Below, piece after piece: positions 37,295 through 47,487 of a stretch of DNA of 64,000 nt. Within the stretch, counting starts at the first letter, position 1, and every line of letters begins with the position of its first letter. This stretch comes from Eubacteriales bacterium (GTDB lineage: Bacteria; Bacillota; Clostridia; Oscillospirales; CAG-272): the NCBI GenBank assembly GCA_045593885.1, contig JAZNXN010000006.1, positions 5,283 to 69,282 on the forward strand, in the 5' to 3' direction. Made by a program: the position numbers and the translations under genes. Below the pieces are notes generated by a model. That model searched no databases. It was not told the origin of the DNA and was given only the letters and a program-made list of their open reading frames with translations.

Positions 37295-37627
37295 TTATTT
37301 GTATTCGCCCGCAGTCAGCTTTATCAAGAGATTTATGCTGTCAGGCTGAACCTTCGCATTATGGGCGGCGGCGTTTCTGCCGCGCGAGCCGCATTTTTCG
37401 CATATATAGGTTATAACGTAGCCGCGCTTCGCATCCGGGTCGGCGCGCAAGGGGCGCATAAGTCCGCCGCACTCGTTTGCCCTGTCGCCCGGCATAACGT
37501 CAACGTGCAAGGAATAAAGGCAGAACGGACAGTGGTTGCGCGAGCTGTATCCGAGGGGCTTTACCTCTTTTTTGCAGTTTTTACAGATAAATCCGCTGTC
37601 GTTTTTAACAAATCTTTTTCTCTCCAT
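37295..37627 (-). CDS. RNHCP-domain zinc-ribbon protein
   Basis: MERKRFVKNDSGFICKNCKKEV...SSRNHCPFCLYSLHVD...CGG...CEKCG. The literal RNHCP motif plus four CxxC-type pairs. ATG 37627 follows GAGGTGG. Confidence 0.75.
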   Translation of the reverse strand: MERKRFVKNDSGFICKNCKKEVKPLGYSSRNHCPFCLYSLHVDVMPGDRANECGGLMRPLRADPDAKRGYVITYICEKCGSRGRNAAAHNAKVQPDSINLLIKLTAGEYK

Positions 37628-37634
37628 AGCCACC

Positions 37635-38189
37635 TCAGTATTTGCTTTCGCGCGAATCAAGAGAGATAAGCATAAAGGCAAGGGGGGTGAAGGCATCGAG
37701 TAAATCCGAGAACAGAAGCGTTTTTGTGGAAATGCTCATAATAATTGCAAAGAGCGAATACGCCGCCGCCACACATAGCGATACAAGCGAGGCTATACGC
37801 GCGGTTTTATTCGAGAATTTGCCAAACATATAAGAGAGAACGATAACGCCCGACACGAATATAAACGCCGAGGATATTACGTAGAAGACGAGTGAGGGGC
37901 TCTTGGTCGCTATCATAGTCAGAATATCAATGACCACAAAATAGAAATAGACGTAGGACGTGCCCGCAACGCCGAAGGCGCACATCCCCTCTTTTCTCGC
38001 TATTGCGCCCGCACACAGAAGAATCATAGAAACAGCGAAGAACACGGTATGCGTTGACACCGACCCAATGAAAAAGAGTCTGCCGCGGCGAAGCGATATA
38101 TCGAAAAACTCGAGAAAGATTCGTATTATGCCCAAGAATATTATATATTCAAGGCGCTTTGATTTGAGAATTTCGTATTTAATACTCAT
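37635..38189 (-). CDS. hypothetical polytopic membrane protein (about 5-6 TM)
   Basis: 184 aa, hydrophobic throughout, GGGGGA RBS; only 7 nt and 1 nt from neighbouring genes. Confidence 0.6.
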   Translation of the reverse strand: MSIKYEILKSKRLEYIIFLGIIRIFLEFFDISLRRGRLFFIGSVSTHTVFFAVSMILLCAGAIARKEGMCAFGVAGTSYVYFYFVVIDILTMIATKSPSLVFYVISSAFIFVSGVIVLSYMFGKFSNKTARIASLVSLCVAAAYSLFAIIMSISTKTLLFSDLLDAFTPLAFMLISLDSRESKY

Positions 38190-38190
38190 A

Positions 38191-38895
38191 TTATCCCCCT
38201 ATTCCTATTCCGAACAGAACGAAGCTGCCGTCAAGCACGAGAACGAGAATGAGGGTGCACACAATTGCAATAAGAACGGCGAGAAGGGATATGACAATGC
38301 TGAATTTTCCGTGAGTTTTCTTCTCCCGCTTGCATTTAGAGGGGTAGATATGTATAAGCCCCGAGCGATTAAGTGCATTTGAAATAGGCTTATAAATAAT
38401 CATAGTTAAGGATGCGTTTATCGTGCCCTTGATAAGATTGAAGGGCAAGAAAAGGGTTGGTATCATCGAGATAACAACGGCACGGTCAACACCCATATAA
38501 TAGGGTGTTACAAATATATTGAGCAAAAGCATTACGGCGGTCATAGATAGAACGCCGACAGAGAGTCCTATTATTGCCCTCGACAAACGCTTCTTATACA
38601 TATAAAACAGTGAGGGGACCATAGCAAATACTGCGCTCGACGAGAAATTCATTATGAGTCCGTAAATTCCCGTGCTGCTGATGGTAAGCTCGATAACCGA
38701 AACGAGAAGCGCGATAAGAACGCCCGCAAGAGGACCGAAGAACAAGGCTCCCGTGGTTATAATCGCATCCTTGATATCAAAGGTTAAAAAGCCAACCGGT
38801 ATTCTGAAAACAAGGGTAGCAACGTACGCAAGGGCGCAGAAAAGCGCTATCGTTATATATCTGTTTATATGCTTTACGCTTACACGTCCCGTCAT
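38191..38895 (-). CDS. ECF-transporter S-component-like membrane protein (RibU-like)
   Basis: Start moved to ATG 38895 (AGGAG RBS, avoids overlap with mntP). ITIALFCALAYVATLVFRIP... resembles S-component N-termini. Six TM helices plus an extra C-terminal TM. Confidence 0.6.
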   Translation of the reverse strand: MTGRVSVKHINRYITIALFCALAYVATLVFRIPVGFLTFDIKDAIITTGALFFGPLAGVLIALLVSVIELTISSTGIYGLIMNFSSSAVFAMVPSLFYMYKKRLSRAIIGLSVGVLSMTAVMLLLNIFVTPYYMGVDRAVVISMIPTLFLPFNLIKGTINASLTMIIYKPISNALNRSGLIHIYPSKCKREKKTHGKFSIVISLLAVLIAIVCTLILVLVLDGSFVLFGIGIGG

Positions 38896-38906
38896 TTTAA
38901 TCTCCT

Positions 38907-39494
38907 TTATCCCATACCTAAAAGATGGGTTATCAGTATCCGCACTCCAAGCCCGATAAGGATAATTCCGCCCGCAAGCTCGGAGATGAATTTGTATCTT
39001 GAGCCGAATATATTGCCTATCTTCACTCCTATAAAGGAGAAAATAAAGGTGATACATCCGATAGCGGCAACTGCCGCGAATATATTAACGCTTCCGTCAA
39101 AGGCAAGTGCGACGCCCGATGCGAGCGCGTCAATGCTGGTGGCTATCGCCATAACGAGCATTACCTTAAATGAGAGGGATGCGTTCTTATTATCACGGTC
39201 ACAGACATCCTCTGAGTCCTTCTCAAATGCCTCCTTAATCATAGTGAGTCCTATAACTGTCAGAAGCGCGAAGGCTATCCAATGGTCGAATTTTTCTATC
39301 TTATCCGCGAAAAGCGCGCCCACAAGATAGCCGATAAGGGGCATCAGTGCCTGAAAGCCGCCGAACCAAAGGCCGACTATCGCGCATTTTCTGTTATCTG
39401 CTCTGTCCATACACAGTCCCTTGCATACGGATACCGCAAAGGCATCCATAGAAAGACCAAGGGCGAGCATCGCAACCGTAATTACTGCCTGCAC
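38907..39494 (-). CDS. mntP: manganese efflux pump MntP
   Basis: LGLSMDAFAVS... and a second ATSIDALA half-repeat typical of MntP/DUF204. GTG start 1 nt after the asnS stop. Confidence 0.85.
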   Translation of the reverse strand: MQAVITVAMLALGLSMDAFAVSVCKGLCMDRADNRKCAIVGLWFGGFQALMPLIGYLVGALFADKIEKFDHWIAFALLTVIGLTMIKEAFEKDSEDVCDRDNKNASLSFKVMLVMAIATSIDALASGVALAFDGSVNIFAAVAAIGCITFIFSFIGVKIGNIFGSRYKFISELAGGIILIGLGVRILITHLLGMG

Positions 39495-39495
39495 A

Positions 39496-40890
39496 TCAAT
39501 ACTCCGCGTTACCTACTGTTCTCGGATAAGGAAGAACGTCGCGTATATTGGACACGCCCGTAACGTACATTATGATACGCTCAAAGCCAAGTCCGTAGCC
39601 TGCGTGCTTCGTTCCGCCGAACTTACGCAGGTTGACATACCACCAGTAGTCCTTCTCGTCGAGTCCGAGCTCATCCATTCTCGCCTTCAATACGTCGAGG
39701 CGCTCCTCTCTCTGCGAGCCGCCGATAATTTCGCCGACACCGGGAACGAGCAGGTCCATAGCGGCAACCGTCTTGCCATCATCATTCTGGCGCATATAGA
39801 AGGACTTTATCTCCTTCGGGTAATCTATTACGAACACAGGCTTCTTGAATATCCTTTCGGTGAGGTACCTCTCGTGCTCGGTCTGAAGGTCGCTGCCCCA
39901 GCTTATCGGATACTGGAACTTCTCGCCGGATTTCTGCAAAAGCTCGACAGCCTCAGTATAGGTTACCTTAACGTAATCACTGTCGACGAGCGAGTTGAGC
40001 CTGTCAAGCAGGGTTTTATCAACGAAGCTGTTGAAGAACTGCATTTCCTGAGGGCACTTGTCGAGCACGTGGCGGATGATATGGCGTATCATATCCCACG
40101 CAAGCTCCATATTGTCGTCAAGGTCTGCGAATGCGATTTCGGGCTCTATCATCCAGAACTCCGCCGCGTGACGCGCGGTGTTAGAGTTCTCTGCGCGGAA
40201 GGTAGGACCGAAGGTATATATATTTCCAAATGCCATAGCGAAGGTTTCGCCCTCGAGCTGACCTGAAACGGTGAGGTTTGCACTCTTACCGAAGAAATCC
40301 TTCGAGTAGTCAATCTTGCCGTCCTCGGTTCTCGGAAGCTCGTCAAGGTCGAGCGTGGTTACGCGGAACATCTCGCCCGCGCCCTCGCAGTCGGAGCCTG
40401 TAATAAGGGGGGTGTGAACGTATACGAAGCCACGCGAGTTGAAAAACTCGTGAATTGCAAACGCAATCTCGCTGCGGACACGGAAAACCGCGCTGAACAG
40501 ATTTGTTCTGGGGCGCAGGTATGCTATCTCACGCAGAAATTCGGGGGTATGGCGCTTCGGCTGAAGAGGATAGTCGGGGGTAGACGTGCCCTCAACCTCT
40601 ATTTTCGTTGCCTTCAGCTCAAAGGGCTGCTTTGCCCCGGGGGTGAGCTCAACTATACCGTAAACGACGAGTGCCGCACCGATATTCTGGTGTGCTATCT
40701 CATCATAGTTATCTATTTTTTCGCGCTCAAAGACTACCTGTATTCCCTTGTGACAGCTGCCGTCGTTCAAGTCGATAAAGCCAAACGCCTTGCTATCACG
40801 CAGATTTCTAACCCAGCCGCCGAGCACTATTTCCTTGCCGCCGAAGGCTGCGCTGTCCTTGTATATATCCCTTATCAGTTGTCTTTTCAT
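39496..40890 (-). CDS. asnS: asparagine--tRNA ligase
   Basis: OB-fold N-domain ([22 protein letters not shown]), class II motifs (FRAENSNT..., GLGFERI). ATG 40890 follows GGAGG. Confidence 0.95.
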   Translation of the reverse strand: MKRQLIRDIYKDSAAFGGKEIVLGGWVRNLRDSKAFGFIDLNDGSCHKGIQVVFEREKIDNYDEIAHQNIGAALVVYGIVELTPGAKQPFELKATKIEVEGTSTPDYPLQPKRHTPEFLREIAYLRPRTNLFSAVFRVRSEIAFAIHEFFNSRGFVYVHTPLITGSDCEGAGEMFRVTTLDLDELPRTEDGKIDYSKDFFGKSANLTVSGQLEGETFAMAFGNIYTFGPTFRAENSNTARHAAEFWMIEPEIAFADLDDNMELAWDMIRHIIRHVLDKCPQEMQFFNSFVDKTLLDRLNSLVDSDYVKVTYTEAVELLQKSGEKFQYPISWGSDLQTEHERYLTERIFKKPVFVIDYPKEIKSFYMRQNDDGKTVAAMDLLVPGVGEIIGGSQREERLDVLKARMDELGLDEKDYWWYVNLRKFGGTKHAGYGLGFERIIMYVTGVSNIRDVLPYPRTVGNAEY

Positions 40891-40929
40891 AAAATCCTCC
40901 AAAGGTTAAATGCTATTTTCACAACTTAC

Positions 40930-40958
40930 AGTATACCATATTTTATTCTCTTTGTAAA
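40930..40958 (-). promoter_or_regulatory. promoter TTTACA-17-TATACT (extended -10) for asnS operon
   Basis: Minus strand: -35 at 40958-40953, -10 at 40935-40930. Short leader, no T-box. Confidence 0.55.
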
Positions 40959-40980
40959 GTATTTAATATTAATTATTAAA

Positions 40981-41019
40981 TAAAAAAGCGAGAATAATGA
41001 CAAAATCAAAATTCTCGCT
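40981..41019 (-). terminator. terminator after the solute-binding lipoprotein gene
   Basis: GCGAGAAT...ATTCTCGC with flanking A/T runs. Confidence 0.5.
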
Positions 41020-41037
41020 CGTATTTTTTAAGATGCT

Positions 41038-42612
41038 TTATTCTGCGGGGAGATTTGCGTACTTCTTGCAAAGGTCGGAAAGTCCGTTGACCTTCTGGTC
41101 CCTTATCATAGCCCAGGAGCTCGAAACTGCCTGATTGCCCTTGATAACTCCAGAGAAAATACTGTAGAGGTCGGAGCTGGTACCGCTGTCAACGACGATA
41201 TCAACTTGCTGGTCAAGATGCTGTACAGGCGTTACGTTGAGGTTGTCGTAGATGAGGTCAAGCATCTGCTTGGTATTCGTTCCGGTCTCGTACTTAAGTC
41301 CGAGTCCCTGCTCGTAATAGGTGGTACGGACGGGCTCGCTCTTGATACACATATACTGGAAATATGCAGAGGTGGGGGTAAAGGACCTGCTGTTCTTGAG
41401 TATTGCGCCTATGTTTGCGCCGTCACCCGACCTTACCATATATCTGTCGCTTACATCAAGCTTCGGATACGGTATCGGGCATATCTGCATTCCCGAGAGA
41501 GCCGAGCCCTCAAGGTCGTAGAGGTGAAGGTTTCCGCAGAAGAGTGTTCTGCCTCTTGCAAATATATTGCGAAGGGTATTGAGGTTTTCATCCTCAATTA
41601 CGTGCAAATATCCTCCGTTGAGGTCGAAAAGGCTCTCCTTGAGCTTCGTTGCGTAGCTTGCAAAGGTGTTATTTATATTATTTTCATTGAACTTATATTC
41701 GCCGTTTTCGTAGTAGATAAGCTCCATATCAACCGAGCCGTATACGAGCGACATCGCGGTGGATGCCGCCATATTCTTGCCCGCGTTTGCCATTGCTAAA
41801 AATCCAAGGTCGTCGGTTTCGTCCTTGCCTATCGCGCTTCCGCTGGCATTCTGGTATGCCTGATTTGAGTATGCAATCATCTCGTCCCATATCCACTCGC
41901 CCTCACTGATGAGGTCGTAGAAATCGCGCACGTCGGTATAGAAGCCCTTCGAGGTGAGAAGTTGCTCGTTCACGTAGAGGACCGCCGCGCTGCGTATCGA
42001 ATCAAGAAATACGTCGCCAAGCATAAGGAATCCCTTGCCGCCGTTAGCCATATCCTGACCGAAGGCATAGCCGTTCATAGCCTCGGTATACCAGCCGTTC
42101 TCCGAGGAAAAGTTAAAATAGTTGGTGAACTGCTCTGTGTTGAGGTTTCTGAATATACCCTCAAGCTGAAGCTGGAACATAGCCGACATACGGCAGATTA
42201 CGATATCGGGGGTGTACTCATCGTTTGCAGTGTAGAGATTTCTGACGAGATCCATAGCGGTATCCCATCTGTCGTCGATATAGCTGTAAACGAGATTTAT
42301 CTGAAGCTTTCCGTTTACGTAATCGTTTCTCTCCTTCGCCTTCCTCACGATAGCGTCGTTAACCTCGGAATCGGGCGCGGTTATGTACTTCGAGCTATCC
42401 GTGCCTCCACGGGCAGCCTCGGTGGAATTGGAATGACAAATCTTAACCGTCTTGCCCTCGAAGCTGACGCCCTCAAAGACCGCCTCGCCCGTGCCCTCAA
42501 TCTTCTTGACATCGTCATCACCGTCACCGTCACCCCTACACGCGGCAAGAGCGAGAGTGCAGAAAATTAGAGCAAGCATAAGAGCTACGAGCCTTAAAAA
42601 CTTGTTTTTCAT
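41038..42612 (-). CDS. extracellular solute-binding lipoprotein (large family-1 ABC substrate-binding type), orphan
   Basis: Lipoprotein signal MKNKFLRLVALMLALIFCTLALAAC followed by a GDGDGDDD linker. 524 aa with SBP-like composition. No permease gene nearby. Confidence 0.65.
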   Translation of the reverse strand: MKNKFLRLVALMLALIFCTLALAACRGDGDGDDDVKKIEGTGEAVFEGVSFEGKTVKICHSNSTEAARGGTDSSKYITAPDSEVNDAIVRKAKERNDYVNGKLQINLVYSYIDDRWDTAMDLVRNLYTANDEYTPDIVICRMSAMFQLQLEGIFRNLNTEQFTNYFNFSSENGWYTEAMNGYAFGQDMANGGKGFLMLGDVFLDSIRSAAVLYVNEQLLTSKGFYTDVRDFYDLISEGEWIWDEMIAYSNQAYQNASGSAIGKDETDDLGFLAMANAGKNMAASTAMSLVYGSVDMELIYYENGEYKFNENNINNTFASYATKLKESLFDLNGGYLHVIEDENLNTLRNIFARGRTLFCGNLHLYDLEGSALSGMQICPIPYPKLDVSDRYMVRSGDGANIGAILKNSRSFTPTSAYFQYMCIKSEPVRTTYYEQGLGLKYETGTNTKQMLDLIYDNLNVTPVQHLDQQVDIVVDSGTSSDLYSIFSGVIKGNQAVSSSWAMIRDQKVNGLSDLCKKYANLPAE

Positions 42613-42747
42613 AATTTTCTCCTTTGTAATATTTATATAATGTTACAAATATATTATACAGCATTACGAATTTTATGTCAAGTCAGAATAAATAAAATGA
42701 TAGCACCGTGCGGGAAGATGATAATATCGTGCAAAAAGCTGACCGTT

Positions 42748-42780
42748 CAAAAAAGGCATCGCCCTTTACGAGCAATGCCT
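42748..42780 (-). terminator. terminator after pnp
   Basis: Minus strand: GGCATTGC-tcgtaaagg-GCGATGCC-TTTTTT. Confidence 0.65.
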
Positions 42781-42799
42781 CTTTCTTTATTTTATTTAA

Positions 42800-44899
42800 T
42801 CAGTCAATTTTGGGAGAAGCATCCTTCATCGAGAGGTTAAGTCTGCCCTTCTCATCGGTGCCGAGGTACTTGACGCGTACGCTGTCGCCTACCTTGACAA
42901 CATCCTCAACGTTCTCGGTTCTTGTCTTCGCGAGCTTGGATATGTGTACCATACCCTCCTTACCGGGTGCAAACTCAACGAATGCGCCGATAGGAATGAT
43001 TCTGGTAACTACGCCGTCATAGCTCTCGCCTGCCTCGGGCTCAAAGATGATAGCCTCGATGATTTCCTTTGCCTTATATGCGCCGTCGCGGTCAACCGAG
43101 GAGATGAATATAGAGCCATCGTCCTCAATGTTGATTTCAGCACCCGTGTCAGCGGATATCTTCTGAATAACCTTACCGCCCTTACCGATAACATCACCGA
43201 TCTTGTCGGGGTTGATACGCATCGAGAGCATCTTGGGTGCCCACTCGGAAATATCAGCGCGGGGCTCTGCAATTGCCTTGAGCATTACGTCGTCGAGAAT
43301 GTAATCGCGTCCCTTGTGAGTTACCTCGAACGCCTGCTTGATTATCTCGGGGGTAAGACCGTCGATTTTGAGGTCCATCTGAATTGCGGTGATACCCTTA
43401 TGAGTACCTGCAACCTTGAAGTCCATATCGCCGTAGAAGTCCTCAAGTCCCTGAATGTCTATCATAGTATCCCAGGAGCCGTCCTCTGCGGTGATAAGTC
43501 CGCAGGAGATACCTGCAACGGGTGCGGTAATGGGAACACCTGCGTCCATAAGCGCAAGGGTAGAGCCGCAGATAGATGCCTGCGAGGTAGAGCCGTTAGA
43601 GCTGAGAACCTCGGATACAAGGCGCATAGCGTAGGGGAACTCCTCAACTGAGGGAAGCACCGGCTTGAGCGCGCGCTCTGCGAGAGCTCCGTGACCTATC
43701 TCACGTCTGCCGGGAGAACGGAGAGCCTTCGCCTCGCCCGTGGAATAGCCGGGCATATTGTAGTGGTGCATATATCTCTTCTCTGTTTCGTCGTCAAGTC
43801 CCTCGAGCATCTGTGCATCTGCAATAGGACCGAGAGTTGCAACGGTGAGAACCTGAGTCTGACCGCGGGTGAACATACCCGTACCGTGAGTTCTGGGGAG
43901 AATGCCAACCTCTGCGTTGAGAGGACGGATTTCATCCATTCTTCTTCCGTCAACACGCTTCTTGTCAACAAGGAGCCAGCGGCGTACAATCTTCTTCTGT
44001 ATCTTGTAGATAAGCTCGGGAAGAACGACAGCGAGGTCGGGATACTTATCGGAGAACTTTGCCTCTATATCCTCAACGATGGGCTGAAGGCGGGCATCGC
44101 GAACAGTCTTGTCATCAGTGTCGAGGGCGTTCATAACCGCATCCTCGCAGTATGCGAATATCTCGTCGAACATATCGTGGTCAAGCTCGCAGGACGGGTA
44201 TGCAAACTTCGGCTTACCAACCTCGGCAACGATTCCGTTGATGAATACGAGCAAATCCTTGATGGTTGCGTGAGCGAGCATAATTGCGTCGAACATATCC
44301 TCATCGGATACCTCCTTCGCGCCTGCCTCAATCATAACAACCTTCTTCTCGCTTGCGGCAACGGTGAGCTCGAGTATGCTGTTCTTGTGCTCCTCTGCGG
44401 TGGGGTTGATGATAAACTTGCCGTCAACCATACCTACGTAAACGCCGCCGATAGGGCCGTTCCAGGGAATATCCGAGATGGAAAGAGCGATAGATGCTCC
44501 AACCATAGCGGTTATTTCGGGCGAGCAATCCTTGTCAACCGACATAACGGTGAGGGTGAGGGATACGTCGTTTCTCAAATCCTTCGGGAAGAGAGGACGG
44601 ATGGGGCGGTCGATAACTCTTGAGGTCAGGACAGCCTTCTCGCTGGGCTTGCCCTCGCGGCGAAGGAATCCGCCGGGTATCTTACCTACCGAATACATTT
44701 TCTCGTCGTAATCGACAGAGAGGGGAAGGAAGTCGATTCCGTCCCTGGGCTTCGCGGATGCGGTAGCACACGCGAGAACTACGGTTTCGCCGTAGCGAAC
44801 GAGGCAGGAGCCGTTAGCAAGACCTGCCATCTTACCTACCTCAACGGTGAGGGGTCTGCCTGCAAACTCATAATTGAATACCTTGTAATTTTCAAACAT
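42800..44899 (-). CDS. pnp: polyribonucleotide nucleotidyltransferase (PNPase)
   Basis: Two RNase PH domains, KH and C-terminal S1 (GVVTRIIPIGAFVEFAPGKEGMVHIS); 699 aa. Confidence 0.97.
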   Translation of the reverse strand: MFENYKVFNYEFAGRPLTVEVGKMAGLANGSCLVRYGETVVLACATASAKPRDGIDFLPLSVDYDEKMYSVGKIPGGFLRREGKPSEKAVLTSRVIDRPIRPLFPKDLRNDVSLTLTVMSVDKDCSPEITAMVGASIALSISDIPWNGPIGGVYVGMVDGKFIINPTAEEHKNSILELTVAASEKKVVMIEAGAKEVSDEDMFDAIMLAHATIKDLLVFINGIVAEVGKPKFAYPSCELDHDMFDEIFAYCEDAVMNALDTDDKTVRDARLQPIVEDIEAKFSDKYPDLAVVLPELIYKIQKKIVRRWLLVDKKRVDGRRMDEIRPLNAEVGILPRTHGTGMFTRGQTQVLTVATLGPIADAQMLEGLDDETEKRYMHHYNMPGYSTGEAKALRSPGRREIGHGALAERALKPVLPSVEEFPYAMRLVSEVLSSNGSTSQASICGSTLALMDAGVPITAPVAGISCGLITAEDGSWDTMIDIQGLEDFYGDMDFKVAGTHKGITAIQMDLKIDGLTPEIIKQAFEVTHKGRDYILDDVMLKAIAEPRADISEWAPKMLSMRINPDKIGDVIGKGGKVIQKISADTGAEINIEDDGSIFISSVDRDGAYKAKEIIEAIIFEPEAGESYDGVVTRIIPIGAFVEFAPGKEGMVHISKLAKTRTENVEDVVKVGDSVRVKYLGTDEKGRLNLSMKDASPKID

Positions 44900-45018
44900 T
44901 TTGGTTTTCCTCCATTTTTTATTTTTGGCGGGAAATATAGCACTTAAATATAAGCCCGAGCCCTCTCGGACACATATTTAACTGCTACCTCCCCCGCATT
45001 TTTACGACACATAAGCAT

Positions 45019-45046
45019 TAAAAGGGGACGACAAAAGCCGTCCCCG
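45019..45046 (-). terminator. terminator/attenuator between rpsO and pnp
   Basis: GGGGACG-gcttttgt-CGTCCCC-TTTT on the minus strand. Confidence 0.7.
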
Positions 45047-45053
45047 TTTAACC

Positions 45054-45317
45054 TTACTTTCTGAGACCCAGCTTCTTGATAAGAGCACGATATCTCTCGA
45101 TATCCTTTCTCTCAAGATAAGCGAGAAGGTTCTTTCTGTGGCCAACCATCATAAGAAGTCCTCTCTGAGAATGGAAGTCCTTTTTGTTCTTCTTGATGTG
45201 CTCGGTAAGGGTGTTTATTCTGTGAGTAAGAATAGCAACCTGCACCTCAGGAGAACCGGTATCCGTCTCATTGACCTTGTACTCATTGATGATTTGCTGC
45301 TTGAGTTCCTTGTCCAT
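45054..45317 (-). CDS. rpsO: 30S ribosomal protein S15
   Basis: [37 protein letters not shown]...HKKD.HS.RGLL.MV..R; ATG 45317 follows AAGGTGA. Confidence 0.95.
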   Translation of the reverse strand: MDKELKQQIINEYKVNETDTGSPEVQVAILTHRINTLTEHIKKNKKDFHSQRGLLMMVGHRKNLLAYLERKDIERYRALIKKLGLRK

Positions 45318-45426
45318 CTTTTTCACCTTTCTTAAAATTTATTCCACGACTAAGCAAACGGCGGGTGAAAGCTGTGTCCGTAAACTGAGCCGAGGTTATG
45401 GCGGTCAAAAAACCGCGTGCTTTGTC

Positions 45427-45455
45427 ATTATAACACAATAAAAATGATTTGTAAA
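45427..45455 (-). promoter_or_regulatory. promoter TTTACA-17-TATAAT for rpsO (about 105-nt leader)
   Basis: Minus strand: -35 at 45455-45450, -10 at 45432-45427. Confidence 0.55.
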
Positions 45456-45495
45456 TAGTTTTTTGAAATTTTTTTATTTGTTTTATAAAAAAGCA

Positions 45496-46101
45496 TCAGT
45501 CGTTGGGGTTTATATAGGGCATATATGCACGGAAATAATCAATACCTGAGCCTATTGTTGTGATAAGCACTGCCGCACATCCGATATAGCTTGTGATATA
45601 CATATCGTACTCTGCGTATATGGGGTTGAGCATAAATACGGCAATTGAGATGCACTGAGTCATAGTCTTAACCTTGCCCCACCAGCTTGCCGCAATTACC
45701 TTGCCGCTCTTACCCGAAATAACGAGGCGAAGCGAGGTTATTGCAAGCTCGCGGAACATAACGATAAGGGCAACCCATACGAATATTGACGAGAAAAGCT
45801 CAGCACCCTCTGTCACCGACGAGGTGTAGAGGACCGACACGAGCGCACCGAACACCATAAATTTATCGGCTAAGGGGTCGATGAACTTGCCAAAATCGGT
45901 AACAAGATTGTATTTTCTCGCGATTTTTCCGTCGAGCATATCGGTAAACGCGGTGATGGCGAAGAGGGCCGCGGGCACGATTTGTCCCCATATTTCGATA
46001 TTCCTCATAAATATTGCCGCAGCCATAAAGACGGGCACTAAAATAACGCGCAAAAGCGATAGGGTGTTGGGGATATTGAGCATTTTTTTCTTCGGTTCCA
46101 T
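45496..46101 (-). CDS. pgsA: CDP-diacylglycerol--glycerol-3-phosphate 3-phosphatidyltransferase
   Basis: CDP-alcohol phosphotransferase motif DMLDGKIARK...GKFIDPLADK. Confidence 0.9.
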   Translation of the reverse strand: MEPKKKMLNIPNTLSLLRVILVPVFMAAAIFMRNIEIWGQIVPAALFAITAFTDMLDGKIARKYNLVTDFGKFIDPLADKFMVFGALVSVLYTSSVTEGAELFSSIFVWVALIVMFRELAITSLRLVISGKSGKVIAASWWGKVKTMTQCISIAVFMLNPIYAEYDMYITSYIGCAAVLITTIGSGIDYFRAYMPYINPND

Positions 46102-46143
46102 AATAATTCACTCCATTAAAAATCAATAGTAAATTTCTGACTG

Positions 46144-47469
46144 TCAGCGTATTTCATAGCCGAAAAGGTCATAGTCGAGCGATTCGGTGATTTTAACCTT
46201 TATAAACTCGCCCTCGGGCACGCGGCGCTTCGATGAGAAATAAACTCTGCCGTCAACATCTGGGGCATCAGCTGCGCTCCTGCCGTAATGCGTTTGTGCT
46301 ACAGCGTCAAAGCCCTCTGAGAGAACCGTCACGGTCTTACCCACCTTCTTCTCATTAAGGCGTGAGCTGATATCAAGCTGGATAGCCATGAGGGCATCGT
46401 ATCTGTCCTGCTTGACCTGCCCGTCTATCTGTCCGTCCATTTCTGCCGCAGCAGTTCCCTCCTCGGGTGAGAAGGTAAATGCACCGAAGCGGTCAAACTC
46501 GGTTTCCTTTATAAACTCGCACAGCTCCTCGAAATCCTTTTCGGTTTCACCGGGGAAGCCGACCATAGCGGTTGTTCGCAGGGTTATGCCCAGTACGCTC
46601 TTACGCAGGCGGCGGATAGCGTCGGTTATTGTGCGCTTGTCCCCATGTCTGTTCATTCGGGTTAAAACCGAATCGGATATATGCTGAATGGGAATATCCA
46701 TATACTTGACAAGGCGGTCATTTGTGCGAAGCTCGCGCACCAATTCATCGGTTATCTTGTCGGGGTAACAGTAAAGCAGGCGTATCCACGGGATAGACGT
46801 ACTGTCTGTTATGGCGCGGACAAGCTCCGCGAGCTTATATTCACCGTAGAGGTCAAGACCGTAGCGCGTCGTGTCCTGGGCGACGAGATTCAGCTCCTTC
46901 ACACCCAGAGCCTCGAGGTCCTTCGCCTCGTTGACTATATCCTCGATAGGTCGGCTGCGAAGTCCTCCGCGTATGAGGGGTATGGCGCAATATGTACAGC
47001 GGTTATCACAGCCCTCGGCAATTTTGAGGTATGCGGTATACTCGGGTGTGGTGAGCACGCGGTCACCGCCGAGGGGGCAGGTGCTCTTGTCCTCAAACGA
47101 GGAATACCTTTCGCCCCTCTCGACAGCCCTTATTGCATCAACGATTTTATCAAGACTGCCGACACCGATTATTGCATCAACCTCGGGCATCTGCTCAAAC
47201 ACCTGCTCGCGATAGCGCTCGGTGAGGCAGCCTGTGGCAATAATGCCCTTGAGGCTCCTGTTTTCCTTCAGCCACGCAAGGTCGAGAATATTGTCGATTG
47301 ACTCCTGCTTGGCACTCTCGATAAAGCCGCAGGTGTTGACCACGATTATATCAGCGTCGATATCCTCGCTGACTATCTCGTAGCCCGCGCTGTTTATTTT
47401 ATGAAGCATAACCTCGGTATCAACCAGATTTTTCGAGCAACCGAGGGATACGAATCCTATTTTTGTCAT
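46144..47469 (-). CDS. rimO: ribosomal protein S12 methylthiotransferase
   Basis: MTKIGFVSLGCSKN (UPF0004 domain), radical SAM CDNRCTYC, C-terminal TRAM domain. Confidence 0.92.
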   Translation of the reverse strand: MTKIGFVSLGCSKNLVDTEVMLHKINSAGYEIVSEDIDADIIVVNTCGFIESAKQESIDNILDLAWLKENRSLKGIIATGCLTERYREQVFEQMPEVDAIIGVGSLDKIVDAIRAVERGERYSSFEDKSTCPLGGDRVLTTPEYTAYLKIAEGCDNRCTYCAIPLIRGGLRSRPIEDIVNEAKDLEALGVKELNLVAQDTTRYGLDLYGEYKLAELVRAITDSTSIPWIRLLYCYPDKITDELVRELRTNDRLVKYMDIPIQHISDSVLTRMNRHGDKRTITDAIRRLRKSVLGITLRTTAMVGFPGETEKDFEELCEFIKETEFDRFGAFTFSPEEGTAAAEMDGQIDGQVKQDRYDALMAIQLDISSRLNEKKVGKTVTVLSEGFDAVAQTHYGRSAADAPDVDGRVYFSSKRRVPEGEFIKVKITESLDYDLFGYEIR

Positions 47470-47487
47470 TATAGCTCCTTTGAAGAG

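Noticed and set aside
39494-39520. A yybP-ykoY Mn riboswitch upstream of mntP.
   Set aside because: mntP starts 1 nt after the asnS stop, so there is no non-coding space for an aptamer.
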